A stretch of DNA of 37,856 nucleotides, the filler included. It is 12 parts of 12 records of this genome, joined end to end, with 100 filler letters (N's around TTAATTAATTAA, not from the genome) between each part and the next. Parts side by side here need not be neighbours in the genome. Positions count along the whole stretch, not along the records: positions 1 to 2,658 come from SRR9188676_3644; positions 2,759 to 5,164 come from SRR9188676_3649; positions 5,265 to 8,577 come from SRR9188676_3653; positions 8,678 to 10,990 come from SRR9188676_3661; positions 11,091 to 13,120 come from SRR9188676_3663; 7 more parts are not named here. One strand, 5' to 3'. The notes below the pieces were generated by a model. That model saw only the letters and a program-made list of their open reading frames with translations. It had not been told where the DNA came from and made no database searches. The translations under genes and the position numbers were made by a program. Shown here in pieces: positions 1 through 12,622 of this stretch (position 1 is its first letter; every line of letters starts with the position of its first letter).

Positions 1-2658
1 CCCACATCCACATCCACATCCACATCCACTCACACGCGTCCATACGCCCCCATACACAACACAACACATGCAGCTGCCGCCACACACACTCACACCTCTC
101 CCTTACCCCCGACAGCCATACCAGTGCCAGGCACCCCTAGTGTGTATGTATGTATCTATGGGGTACATGACCATGTCGTGCTGGATAGTGGTGCCGTGGT
201 TCAGATTGTGGGAGTGAGTGTGAGGCGCCCGAAGCCCCCCCACTTCTCCATCACGGATGTCACCGTGGCTGTGCGCCTGTTCATGTGCCCCTCGGACCTG
301 CCTGATGACGTGGCAAACTTCCCCGAGGGGGGGTCATGGCTCAGAGATGAGGTATGCATGGTCATAGATTGTGTTATGTTTTGCGTTGGATCTGACAATA
401 TGATCATTCTCTTGACTCTCTGGTCTGCCTTAATTGCTGGGATGGCTTCGCAATAGATTACGCAATGACTTTGGTATTTCTGACCTTCTTTTATTTTATT
501 TATCTTTTTCGTTCATAAAGGACTGTTCTTTTCTATTATTCGATTATTGGAGCTTTGAGAGTGTTGGTGGTATATACATGCCGTATGGGTGGTAGGTACT
601 GTCAGTGATGTGTGTATAGTTGTTAGTCTCTAGTGATGGTGTGCGTATATGGGAGTGAACTGGTGTCTATCACTCTCTCTTTACCTCTATCCTGACTCGG
701 ATCTTTTGAAGAGGTCTAATGGGTGAATGGACTCTAGAGTGCAGAAGACGTGAGATTATTACATGATAGATGAAAACCTCAAAAATTGAAAGCCCCCAAA
801 ATAACCAAGTTCAACCCAGATATAAAGATTTTTAAAGACATTTTTCTCTCTCATACTCTTTCTCTCTCTTGCCCTATCAGAGGATCTCATCGTTTACAGA
901 GGCCCAAATCCCTGCCCACCGCATTGTGAGTCACATCAATCTGAAGTACGTGTCCACGCACCCCCCCTACACGGCATTTCCCCTGCCAGCCCCTCTCCAC
1001 AAAGTTGATCACAAGGGGGGTACCTCGGGGCGGCTGCCCAAGTACGTGTGCCGGTACGCCCTAATCAAATATGTGCGCCAAGGGGGGTGTAGTGAGGAAC
1101 TCATTCTACAGGCGGCGCTGCGGTACCCCCCCTCCTCAGTCATGAACGCTCTTCAGGTATGCCGTTTCCCCGATGTTACATTCAAACCTCGCAAACTGCA
1201 CAGGGGTCTTATCCTCTATTCTCCTTCAACTCTCTTCCCAAGCGAACGAAGAATGCAGGCTGGGACCCTCTGCAGTTTGCGAGGTTTGACTGTCTTGAAA
1301 TCGTGATCTGTTTCTGTGAATATGTTATCAGAGAATGAATCGTATTGGAGCCCCAATGAGGAATTGATTCACAGGTCCACATATAGGTCTATCACGTTCA
1401 CACTCCTCATTTTCATGTCTTCCACTCCCGCTCATTTCGCTGTAGCGTGTGCAGTCTGTAGAAATATGAGTCAGGCTCAATCTCAATTACCTCATCAATT
1501 TTTAGGAACGATCAAGGTTCCTGTTGATTTGACATGACCCCTCACCTATTGACACACATACACTCATAGTTATACACACGTCTACCCCGTGATATAACGG
1601 CCCTTGAGCATGTTCTAACAAAGGTGACCACTATGACTTACTCTGCCCATTTGGCCCAAGTGACTGATATCTTCCCCTCATGTTTTTTGTCATTCCAGCA
1701 ATGCTTTGTGAAGGCTCAACCGGCTGTTACCCCCGTACACGCAGTACCCCCCTATCCCTCCAACACACATCCCGGCGCTCGAACCCCCCTTCTCGGCCCT
1801 GTGGGTATGAAGGGTCTGGATATGGATATGGGTCTGGGTATGGGTATGGATGTTGGTCAGCCTGACACGGACGGTGACGAGAGTGACGTCTTCCCGACTC
1901 TCTCTCATCATGCTCCCTCCCACATACCCACACTCTCTCACTCACGTGCCGCACCACTAATGGGACCAACCTCAACTGCACGTTCCGCACATTCTTTGTC
2001 GGCATCAGTACCAGGCCTGGCACCTGTGAGTAGCCATATCTCTGTGGGTAGTCATTTCCCCGAGAGCGATGACACATGCTCCCCTATTCTGCCCTTACCT
2101 GCCCTCACTAACACCCAAGACTCCATTCCCGTTCACCCCCACCCCTACCCTCAGCTCCACCCCCAGCAGTCTGAGGCCCCGAGGCCACGCACCCCGATAT
2201 TCGATGAGGACCAACACGACAGACCACACGGCCAAACTAGTACACTCTCGTCCTCCTCCCACCACAACCACTCAACTAAAGCACCGTCATCTTCTCTCCC
2301 CAAGTCTGTGCCGAGCGGGTCCGGTGCCTCTACTTTGAATAGTACACTTATCCACCCTACTAAGAGTACTCGTGATAGTCATGGGCAGGGGCAAGGGCAG
2401 GACGATAACGATGCCAACAGCGATGCCGAGTCCGTTGTAAGCATCGCTGCTACCATCCCCGATGATGACATTGTGCCCCCTTCTGATCCTGAGCATGCTT
2501 TTGCCCTCCCCGGTAGTAGTACCCATACGTCCTCCACAGCCACACATACCCCTCACACCACATCAACATCAACAAAAGAGGCCGCCTCACATCTCCTCTC
2601 GTCGGCCAAATCTGCCCAAATTCAAACCCCAGCCATCCCCCCTCGGACCACTACCCCT
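1..2658 (+). CDS. Partial multi-exon gene with a BAH-like domain and long S/H/P/T-rich low-complexity tail; exons <1-351, 881-1156, 1699->2658
   Basis: GT-AG junctions (GAG|GTATGC at 352, TCAG|AGG at 881, CAG|GTATGC at 1157, CCAG|CAA at 1699) are all phase 0 and join three open frames. The spliced sequence IYGVHDHVVL..VQIVGV..VAVRLFMCPSDLP..DE|RISSFTEAQIPAHRIVSHINL..KYVCRYAL follows the BAH consensus pattern. Confidence 0.6.
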
Positions 2659-2758
2659 NNNNNNNNNNNNNNNNNNNNNNNNNNNNNNNNNNNNNNNNNN
2701 NNTTAATTAATTAANNNNNNNNNNNNNNNNNNNNNNNNNNNNNNNNNNNNNNNNNNNN
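2659..2758. other. Artificial contig-joining spacer (N44-TTAATTAATTAA-N44)
   Basis: Identical 100-nt spacer with stops in all six frames, found 11 times in the window. Confidence 0.99.
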
Positions 2759-3426
2759 GGACCGCTGCAATTCGACTGATACCCTTTCGTACACTTCTCT
2801 TGTTCTGGATATAATCAGAATATCGTCCAAATAAATTATTAGCCTTATTCCCTGGTCCCTGAGTGCCGCTACTACTGGCCTGCACACTTTGGTCCGAACG
2901 GCATAGCCCTGAACTGATAATGCACTCCTCGCCAAACGAAGCGAAGATGTGCTCGATATTCCGGATCTACCATAATATGAGTGTACGCATCTGAAAGGTC
3001 TATCTTGGTGAACCAGTCCCCTTTCCCGATGAGTTGGATCGCGTCCCCTATGGATTACATCTTGAATGGGTACTTCTTCATCTTTCTGTTCAACCTCTTC
3101 AAGTCCATGCACCCCCTGTACTTCCCTGACTTCTTCTTTGCTGGGAAGAATAGACAATAATCCCCGCACCCCTTCTCCCCTTCTGGTACCAGCTCCACGA
3201 AGTCCTTTTCTATGTTCTCTTTCAGTGTCTGCTCCATTGCTTGTCTGTGTGACTTGTCCTTGAGTAGTGTGTATGAGTCCTGCATCCATCTGGACTGCTG
3301 GTGAGGTGCTCTCTTTTCTGCGAATTCGAATCGCAGGCCATCTCTGACTATACTGAGAGTTTTGTCTGTTATACTGGGTAACTGGGTCCATTCTTGATGA
3401 AACTGAGTGAACCTACCCCCGATCAT
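2759..3426 (-). pseudogene. Reverse transcriptase of the DIRS-like element, disrupted
   Basis: In-frame TAA at 3055-3057 (PFKM*SIGDAIQLIGKGDWFTKIDLSDAY). A frameshifting deletion at about 2893/2894 fuses MPFG directly to TKVCRPVV. The catalytic YLDD is at 2822-2833. Confidence 0.85.
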
Positions 3427-3437
3427 ACACTAATAGT

Positions 3438-4523
3438 CTACTCCTGCCTAGCGCCGGCATTATTATTAGCGGGCGCCTGCCTATTATTCTGAAAGAAATT
3501 CCTGTTCTGGCCTCGACCTCTTCCCCGACCACCAAAACCACCCCGACCTGAGTGCTGCTTCCTGTTCCCAGAGTTATTCCCGTAATTAAAACCCTGCTGC
3601 CTCCCATTCCCTCTCCCCTTTCCAAAGTTCTGACCCCCAATCGACTTAATGGTCCGCACTTCTTGTGTATGCTCGGCTAGTTCCTTGCATGTCTCCATCA
3701 CTTGCTGTGTCACTGCTGGTCTACTGCTTTTGTTCATGATTCTCTTAACAGTCTTCTTGTTCTTAAGCTCACTTAGTGCCCAGAACCTCAGCCTCTCTCG
3801 GTATGTGGCGGAATTCAGTGCAGAGAGGGATCGAAAAATGGACATGCAAGTGGCGAACATATCCGCACTATATTCATCTCCCTCGTCAAAAATGGGTTCA
3901 TTATCAGCAGAAAGCTCTGCGTCCGCGAATATCTCATGTAATATGTAGAGGAGAGGACGGCATACCGTAGCGATTCGGGATTGCATCCTGTGCAGAGCAT
4001 CTTCCGCCTCGGCCGCCGCGACAGTGTACTTGGACATAACATCGCGCTCTTCATCATCGAATGATCGTGGCTTTGGAAGTAGTCCTTTAGGAATGGTGAA
4101 TGATGTGTTCGTGGTCTTAAAAATGTCCTCGATGTCAACTTGATCAGTGTCCTCGAATGTGTCCGGGTTAAAAGATAGAAAGTTCATGAGCTTCTTAGAG
4201 AAAACTTCACCTGAGTTTTCGATGTCTGATGCCTCTTCCTCTGCTGCGTTGGAACCAGCAGGGAGGGCCGAGTTGCTTTGCTTCATCTGAAGGTCACTGA
4301 CTTGGGCGCGAAGAATATCGACTTCGGCAATGGTAATAAGTGGAGAAAAGTCCTTCGATAACTTGGAAATGTCCTTTTTAAAGAATTCCGTGGCGTTCTT
4401 GATGAAAATGCCTGGGGCGAGGGGATCGCTGAAAGATCCATCACTCTTAGCAATGTCCGTACGCAGTTGCTCCAATTGCACAGCAGATAGCTTGTTCAGG
4501 TAGTTGGATATGAGTGTATCCAT
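3438..4523 (-). CDS. Gag-like ORF1 of the DIRS-like element (361 aa)
   Basis: Intronless ORF directly upstream of RT, with a predicted helical core and a C-terminal G/R/N-rich RGG tail (GRGGFGGRGRGRG). Confidence 0.7.
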   Translation of the reverse strand: MDTLISNYLNKLSAVQLEQLRTDIAKSDGSFSDPLAPGIFIKNATEFFKKDISKLSKDFSPLITIAEVDILRAQVSDLQMKQSNSALPAGSNAAEEEASDIENSGEVFSKKLMNFLSFNPDTFEDTDQVDIEDIFKTTNTSFTIPKGLLPKPRSFDDEERDVMSKYTVAAAEAEDALHRMQSRIATVCRPLLYILHEIFADAELSADNEPIFDEGDEYSADMFATCMSIFRSLSALNSATYRERLRFWALSELKNKKTVKRIMNKSSRPAVTQQVMETCKELAEHTQEVRTIKSIGGQNFGKGRGNGRQQGFNYGNNSGNRKQHSGRGGFGGRGRGRGQNRNFFQNNRQAPANNNAGARQE

Positions 4524-5164
4524 AATTCGCGACTACAGAATCGCTAGATAAGAGGTCTACGTCCTGGAAGACTCTCCGAGATTGTGAAACAAAATCGCGA
4601 GTGAAAAACCTGACGTGACGGACAGGGGTGTATCCTATGAAGGGGCGCAGCGAAAAGTTTTTTGCTGATATTTCAGCCATTTATTGATATTTTTTAATTA
4701 TAATTTCACTCGCGAGTAAAGACCTATCCTCCACACTGATGTGTTTGTGTCTTCTCGATGGACTCGAAGATATGAAGTAATCCATGCCAAGGCCATTCTC
4801 CGAGCCTGGACCGCAGTGTGACACTATCCGAACATGCTCATGAGCATGCACAAAATTAAACTTCGCCGTTTGGCCTCTTTTCTCCCTTATCTTCCCGCTT
4901 GCGCTCACTAACCACTCTCAGAACACCGAACGACCCTTCTGGAACGCCTTCCACCCAGAGCTCACCTCCCTGCAGCGAGAACCATCGATCCAACAGTGAA
5001 TGCGTTTCAACCCCACTTCTTCGTCTTCTTTCACCCCAATCCTCCTGCCTGCGGTCGCCAATCACTCGCACACCATCGAACACCTCATCTACAACACCTT
5101 CCATCCTGAATTCGACCCCCAACAGCGAGAATTGTCTTGCGTCCGCTCCCAGTGATGCCCGTTG

Positions 5165-5264
5165 NNNNNNNNNNNNNNNNNNNNNNNNNNNNNNNNNNNN
5201 NNNNNNNNTTAATTAATTAANNNNNNNNNNNNNNNNNNNNNNNNNNNNNNNNNNNNNNNNNNNN
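5165..5264. other. Artificial contig-joining spacer
   Basis: N44-TTAATTAATTAA-N44. Confidence 0.99.
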
Positions 5265-5332
5265 GTGTATGTGTATGTGTGTGTGAGAGGATAAATGAGA
5301 GCGATATATGTGTGTAGGAAGTGTGTGAATAC

Positions 5333-7441
<2,109 letters not shown>

Positions 7442-7785
7442 TCACAAGACAGGAGGTTGCAGGGTGTGCCGGCTGATCGAGTTTGGGGAAAGAAAAGCAA
7501 GACAGTTGCGTTGATCTTTGTGTTTAGAGATCTTGTACTGCATTTTTCTGCCGTGAGATCACTAGAAGTCTCTCTTTAACTGTACATATCAGATCACTTG
7601 TTCATACATCTCAATAGTTACTGGAAAGACAACGCTTTAAACCGGTCATTTTATCCTTGGTCTTGTCTTGATTGTTGGTTGATTCTGGACTTCTCAATTC
7701 CTTCCCTGCAAAACTTGCAAATGATATAATCATTCAGATTTTTTGTTACTATCACGTGTTAACCCTCAACTTTTGACTCCAATTT

Positions 7786-8577
7786 ATGGAGGGATCTTCG
7801 GTCAGGCGCGTTTCATCAACATTCCGTAACCAGCCCCCATCCTCTGCGCCACATTCAAACGACGTCCGACGAGAACACTCGGTATCAAATATTTCCTCTG
7901 TAGGATATATAAAATCAGGTCAGTTTGCCTTCTAGTTTGGTCCGTCCCATACTTGATCGTTCGGCGCCTCACCCCATCAACCCCCTCTCATTCGAACAGA
8001 TCCGAATGCAGTGCGGCGATCCAGTACAAGTGTGGAAATCTCTCCTGTTTCGCGCAGATCGGAGCAAGCTTCGTCCCCATTCTCACCGGTGCCGATTCTA
8101 ACTCCATATGCCACAGACCCCCATGTCCATATGTACACTTCTCCTGTTTCAGCAATGATCCCTTTCTCATCCTCATTCATACTTGTAGGAATGGTAATGG
8201 AGTGTATCGGGGCCAACATGACATTGGCAGTAGTGGGGGTAGTATGCTGCCGAATTCAAGCAGCATGAACCAACTCAGCATGCCAGTACCGATGAACATC
8301 TCGAGCAGCATGAATGGGACGTCTTCTCCGTTCTTTTCCCGCAGGACACCGGAATCCCTCCCAGACAGCGCAAAGAGACGTACGCTCTTTCAACTAATGC
8401 ATAACCAGCAGTGATTCCCCTATTCAGAGGACTGTGTGTAGTGAAACCTATATCCTTTGATTTCAGGCCTTGGCAGCATCAACAAAAGTTTATCTATCAG
8501 GATTTTCCCCTGCGTTTCTGTCAACAACGAAATTACTCACCTCAATGTTTTTCTGCTAAGACCGGGTGGGAAACTAA
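7786..8577 (+). CDS. Partial S/P-rich protein of unknown function, divergent from GK; exons 7786-7918, 8000-8132, 8189-8379, possibly 8467->
   Basis: ATG at 7786 and phase-compatible GT-AG introns (phases 1, 2, 1) link the S/P/M-rich open frames. No recognisable domain. Confidence 0.5.
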
Positions 8578-8677
8578 NNNNNNNNNNNNNNNNNNNNNNN
8601 NNNNNNNNNNNNNNNNNNNNNTTAATTAATTAANNNNNNNNNNNNNNNNNNNNNNNNNNNNNNNNNNNNNNNNNNNN
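8578..8677. other. Artificial contig-joining spacer
   Basis: N44-TTAATTAATTAA-N44. Confidence 0.99.
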
Positions 8678-8942
8678 GGGGGGGGGTATATCCGACCGTC
8701 TTCTGAAACAAAATTCCTCAAGTTAGGGGCAATATCTGGTTTTCGAAGGTTATCACGCAAAAATATAAACATACTCCTGGATTTTAATCTTTCGTTCGCG
8801 CGAACGAGGAATTTTACAGCGTACAGGTCAAAAGATCTTCGAATAAAGAGAATTCTCTGAACTGACTTGCAATTGAACTTTGTACTCTTATCTCTCATCT
8901 CTCATCAAAGCTCAGATATATTCTCGAGCGCTATCCTGCATA

Positions 8943-10990
8943 ATGGAGTGCCAGCGGAAGGAGCTACAGAAACTGTTCTTTGCCTGCCCAAATTGCCCTC
9001 TAGCCCGCTACCTTTTCCCTGCTGACATTGCCCGTCATCAAAAGTTTCAGGTTTGCCCCTCTTGCTGCGATAAGTTGACTTGCCTGTGTAACTTATGCTT
9101 GTATTTACTCTAGTGTACGGGAAATCTCCGACCCACGATCCAATTCTGTGTGTGTTGCACGAGTACGTGATGCATCATCATCATCATCATATGTCTCGTA
9201 TCACTAGTTGTTCCCTCAAGCCTGCATCAGAACTACCTCAGACCATTTATAATATTACTTTAAGGCATTTTCTCATGGTTGAGCATCCTCCGGTCTTCGA
9301 TCCTGAAAATCTGTTTCCGCGATCATACACCCGGTTAGAACGAAGATGAATCACTCTCCTTCTGTTTCCTTCTTCTCTCTACTCATATTTCCCTCATTTT
9401 TAAAAAAATGTCAGCTCTATTTTCTTCTCCAGACAATGACACGCCATTTCTTCGAACCATTTCTTCTTTTTTTTCATCCCAACAACCATGTCTTCTCGCA
9501 ATCATTGCTAATATGATTTCGTTTTCCATCTCTATCTATCTTTTCCCCCCGATCTTTCACTCTATTTTTCTCCGTTTTATCCTTCATTTTTAATGTCGTC
9601 AAATGGGTCTTTTTTTCGCAACCAGGTGTTCTGAGACTCTTTTTTCCATCGCTATCTCTCTCTTTCACTCTGTTTTTTTTTCCATTTTCCCCCTTGAATG
9701 ATCGCAGAATTGCTTGCGGATGATGGGTCTTTTCGCTGCCATCGACGGAGCATTTCTCATATGAAGGAGAAGAAGATGTTTGATACAGACGAGAGCACAC
9801 ATATTCCTGCATTTTTCTTCTTTTATCCCGATGATCTTCTCCAGGAGAGGTACATGGACCATTTTGTCTCTTCCCAAAGCGTGCGCCCAACATCATACTA
9901 CGTCCTATCACGCCCTATTGTCGATGAGAGAGAAAGATATCGACTCACAGAGGCCGCGCATCTGTCTGTACAAGGCCGGTTTTCTCTCTGTGTGCTCTTT
10001 GTGAGCCATGGGGAGGTGGTGGAATGCGAAAATGGACTTGTGGACTTGAAAATGGTCTGGTCTCGCGCCTCCAATTCCCCCTCTGTATCTCTCCGTCAGT
10101 TTGCAAAGCATGTGTTGTCTGGGGGCAGATCCATTCCTCTGAATGATGAGGACGAGCATAGCACCCATCATGACACAGATGGGGATGGTGGAAGTGCTCC
10201 TAGTGATTCACACCCTGATGACCACTCCACATCACTCCCTGCCAACTTATCTCGAGGAAATTCCAAGCTGTTTCCCTCAGGGAAAGAGAATGCATCAGCA
10301 TCATCTTATCAGCATCTCATCACAACTAGACGCAGCAAGGATCAAAACATTCCAGCTTTGCCACCAAGATTCCCCGTGATTCTCATGCTCCCAACTCTGA
10401 ATCTTCGCCACTATCCATGCCTGAGCCAGCTCCAATCTGAGCTCCTCCCCATCCAGGTGTATGTGCCGATCGAGCCCCTGAAAACGGAGCAAAACCAAAT
10501 GACGTGGATCGTCAACCTCTCAGCGGCTTTGCAACCCAGTCCAGCCACAGGTATGGGTGATGATATGGGTATGAACATGGGTGTGGGTGCAAATGGAGGC
10601 CAATTTGACCCACAAGCGAGTCTGAACTCTGCATGGAATCCCCAAAACCAAGCGTTTGGCAACAGATTGAAACTGAACCAGAATACTGCAAATGGGAACG
10701 GGAATGGGACTGGGAATGGGGCCGCCAATGGGAAGCTTAAGAGATCATCACGGCTCAGAAGTGCTGCCCGATCCCAAAACACGTGTGTTGAGAATATATC
10801 TATCCCAATCAGTAGCTCATCAATCACATTGATTCCACCCGGCACAGGCACAGGCACAGGCATAGCTACTACTGGACTTCTGCGTTCCACCCAAGTTCAT
10901 ACCAACAAAAACACAACATCTCCGAACTCAAGCTTCATGATCATGAATACTCATCCCCAACCCATTACCCAGCCCCAGAATGCTTCTGAA
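8943..10990 (+). CDS. Zinc-finger protein (C2HC-like plus matrin/JAZ-like C2H2), then an alpha/beta domain and low-complexity tail; exons 8943-9050, 9114-9162, 9708->10990; start uncertain
   Basis: Splicing gives CPNCPLARYLFPADIARHQKFQ|C and FCVCCT|KLLADDGSFRCHRRSISH. Both fingers are completed only across introns (phases 0 and 1), which supports the gene model. Confidence 0.7.
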
Positions 10991-11090
10991 NNNNNNNNNN
11001 NNNNNNNNNNNNNNNNNNNNNNNNNNNNNNNNNNTTAATTAATTAANNNNNNNNNNNNNNNNNNNNNNNNNNNNNNNNNNNNNNNNNNNN
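10991..11090. other. Artificial contig-joining spacer
   Basis: N44-TTAATTAATTAA-N44. Confidence 0.99.
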
Positions 11091-11367
11091 ATATTTTTTC
11101 CGCAGTTTGCAAAAGGTCTACTTGAAGCTTTCTTTTTTCGCCCCGGCAAGGAAAAATGAGGTTATCGCTAATCTACTTCGACAGGTTGTATTTTTCTGTG
11201 AGATCTTGGTAGCTGAATGTCGACAGGAAGAAGTAAACTGTGGCGAAAATAGGTTCGCTTTTGGACAAGTCCTCCTGCCTTGTTTCGTTCTTTTTTTTTG
11301 GTGGCGGTGGCTAGTTAATAAATCCCTGAAAAAAATCCTGGCATTATTGGATATTCAGATGCGTTAC

Positions 11368-12035
11368 CTTATATCCTGAGGTTGGTCTGAAGGCATCTGG
11401 TAAGCGGGATTGATTGATTTCCTCCATCTTTTGAAGAAACTGCAGTGAGAAAGAGAGGGAGAGATGATTTATGTGCGAGTGAGTGTGTGAGAGCATCCAT
11501 ATTTCGCCAGAACCAATCCATATAATGTAGAGCAAGGTGAATGTGGAGCAGGTAGGTCGAAAAGCCACAGATGGATTGAAGATCCAGATCAAAATAAAAA
11601 ATTGTAGCGCACCTTCGGGCCATGCGCGTCATGATCTCGATTTTTATCGCATAAGAATAACCACGCATGAATCATCTCATGAAGGAGAGTGTTCTTCATA
11701 TCAGACATGGGCCGATACTGTCCGTAGGTCAGATTACATGAGCATCAAGGTATCAATTTAGGGTGAGAATCCGGTTTACCTTCAATAGAGGCTCACTCAG
11801 CCTAATTCTGGTTAGGCCTCCTCGACCTTCGTAGCTGCATATGCCTGCGCAGAGTGTCATACGAGGTCCGCTCCATTCCTGAACATTCATCAGCATCAAA
11901 TCGAATATTCGGAATAATCTGCAGGGGTGAAAGCAGAAAACTCACCACCGCAACAGAACTCAGAGTAGAGCTGAAATATATCTCATTATAATAGCGAAAC
12001 AACTCAATAATATCCACAAAATCCTCTTGAGACAT
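11368..12035 (-). CDS. SPRTN: SprT-like metalloprotease Spartan (DNA-protein crosslink protease), 3'-truncated; exons 12035-11946, 11878-11780, 11717-11613, 11439-11368
   Basis: Spliced: DIIELFRYYNEIYF..V|EWSGPRMTLCAGIC..IRLSEPLLK|YRPMSDMKNTLLHEMIHAWLFL..RDHDAHGPK|FLQKMEEIN. This has the HExxH zinc motif and typical Spartan motifs. Confidence 0.92.
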
Positions 12036-12120
12036 GACACAAAATCTTCACCATACACGTTTCAAAAACAAAAGTTTCCTTCCCTTATGAACATTCCCCT
12101 GACGTATTCACGAAACCACA

Positions 12121-12622
12121 ATGATCAATCCTGTTGAATTTGCGAAGTTTTTTGTGGGCGATGTGATCCCAAAGCTTGTCAACAGACGCCTGACGAGATG
12201 GTTCCCGAAGGTGCATACGTTTTCCCGTTAGTTATGGATGTTCTCCTTGACTCATCTATGATACAGTATCCGAAATACTCCTACGCCAGTTTGAACATTG
12301 ACCGAATCGGAAATCATACAATCAAGGTATGTCTTTAAAGATGGTTCTATATATTTGAAGCTTCATGAGAGTCATAGCGTCTTTTGCTCAATATTTCTCT
12401 TTGTCGATGTTTAGATCCAGCCTCAAGCGACTCATCCAGAGGTTCTTCGTGATCTGATGGCATGTATGACAAAGATTACCGATGATCACACCTGTCGTGC
12501 TGTGATTCTTCAGTTCCGTAAGTTTTGAGTCGAGGGCTAGCATCATCTAGTGTCAAATATGCTTCTCAGTGATAACTAGCTCATACTTGCGCTCTATTTG
12601 CGTATCAGACAATGAGGATTAA
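12121..12622 (+). CDS. Small 4-exon gene (88 aa) resembling the N-terminal part of the crotonase/enoyl-CoA hydratase fold; exons 12121-12210, 12267-12326, 12415-12517, 12609-12622
   Basis: MINPVEFAKFFVGDVIPKLVNRRLTRWFPK|YPKYSYASLNIDRIGNHTIK|IQPQATHPEVLRDLMACMTKITDDHTCRAVILQF|HNED*. Canonical donors GTGCAT, GTATGT and GTAAGT keep one open frame. Not in the ORF track. Confidence 0.7.

Larger units (their letters stand above)
2759..4860 (-). mobile_element. DIRS-like (tyrosine-recombinase) retrotransposon, 5' part: leader, gag-like ORF1 and RT; truncated by contig end
   Basis: An intronless gag-like ORF is followed 11 nt later by an RT starting MIGGRFTQFHQEW, with DIRS-type motifs (FFPAKKKSGKYRGCMDLKRLN, FKM, KIDLSDAYTHI, YQFRAMPFG, IRLIIYLDD). 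The upstream boundary is approximate. No YR or RNase H domain is visible. Confidence 0.8.

Noticed and set aside
3055..3057. TAA at a conserved Glu position in RT as evidence of stop-codon reassignment or programmed readthrough
   Set aside because: The same RT also has a frameshifting deletion. Conserved host genes here (GK, kinases, SPRTN) have no in-frame stops, and TAA ends plausible genes (12620-12622, 33107-33109).
4856..5164. ORFs upstream of gag as the tyrosine recombinase of a tandem DIRS copy
   Set aside because: No R..HxxR..H/W..Y catalytic motifs in the frames I translated.
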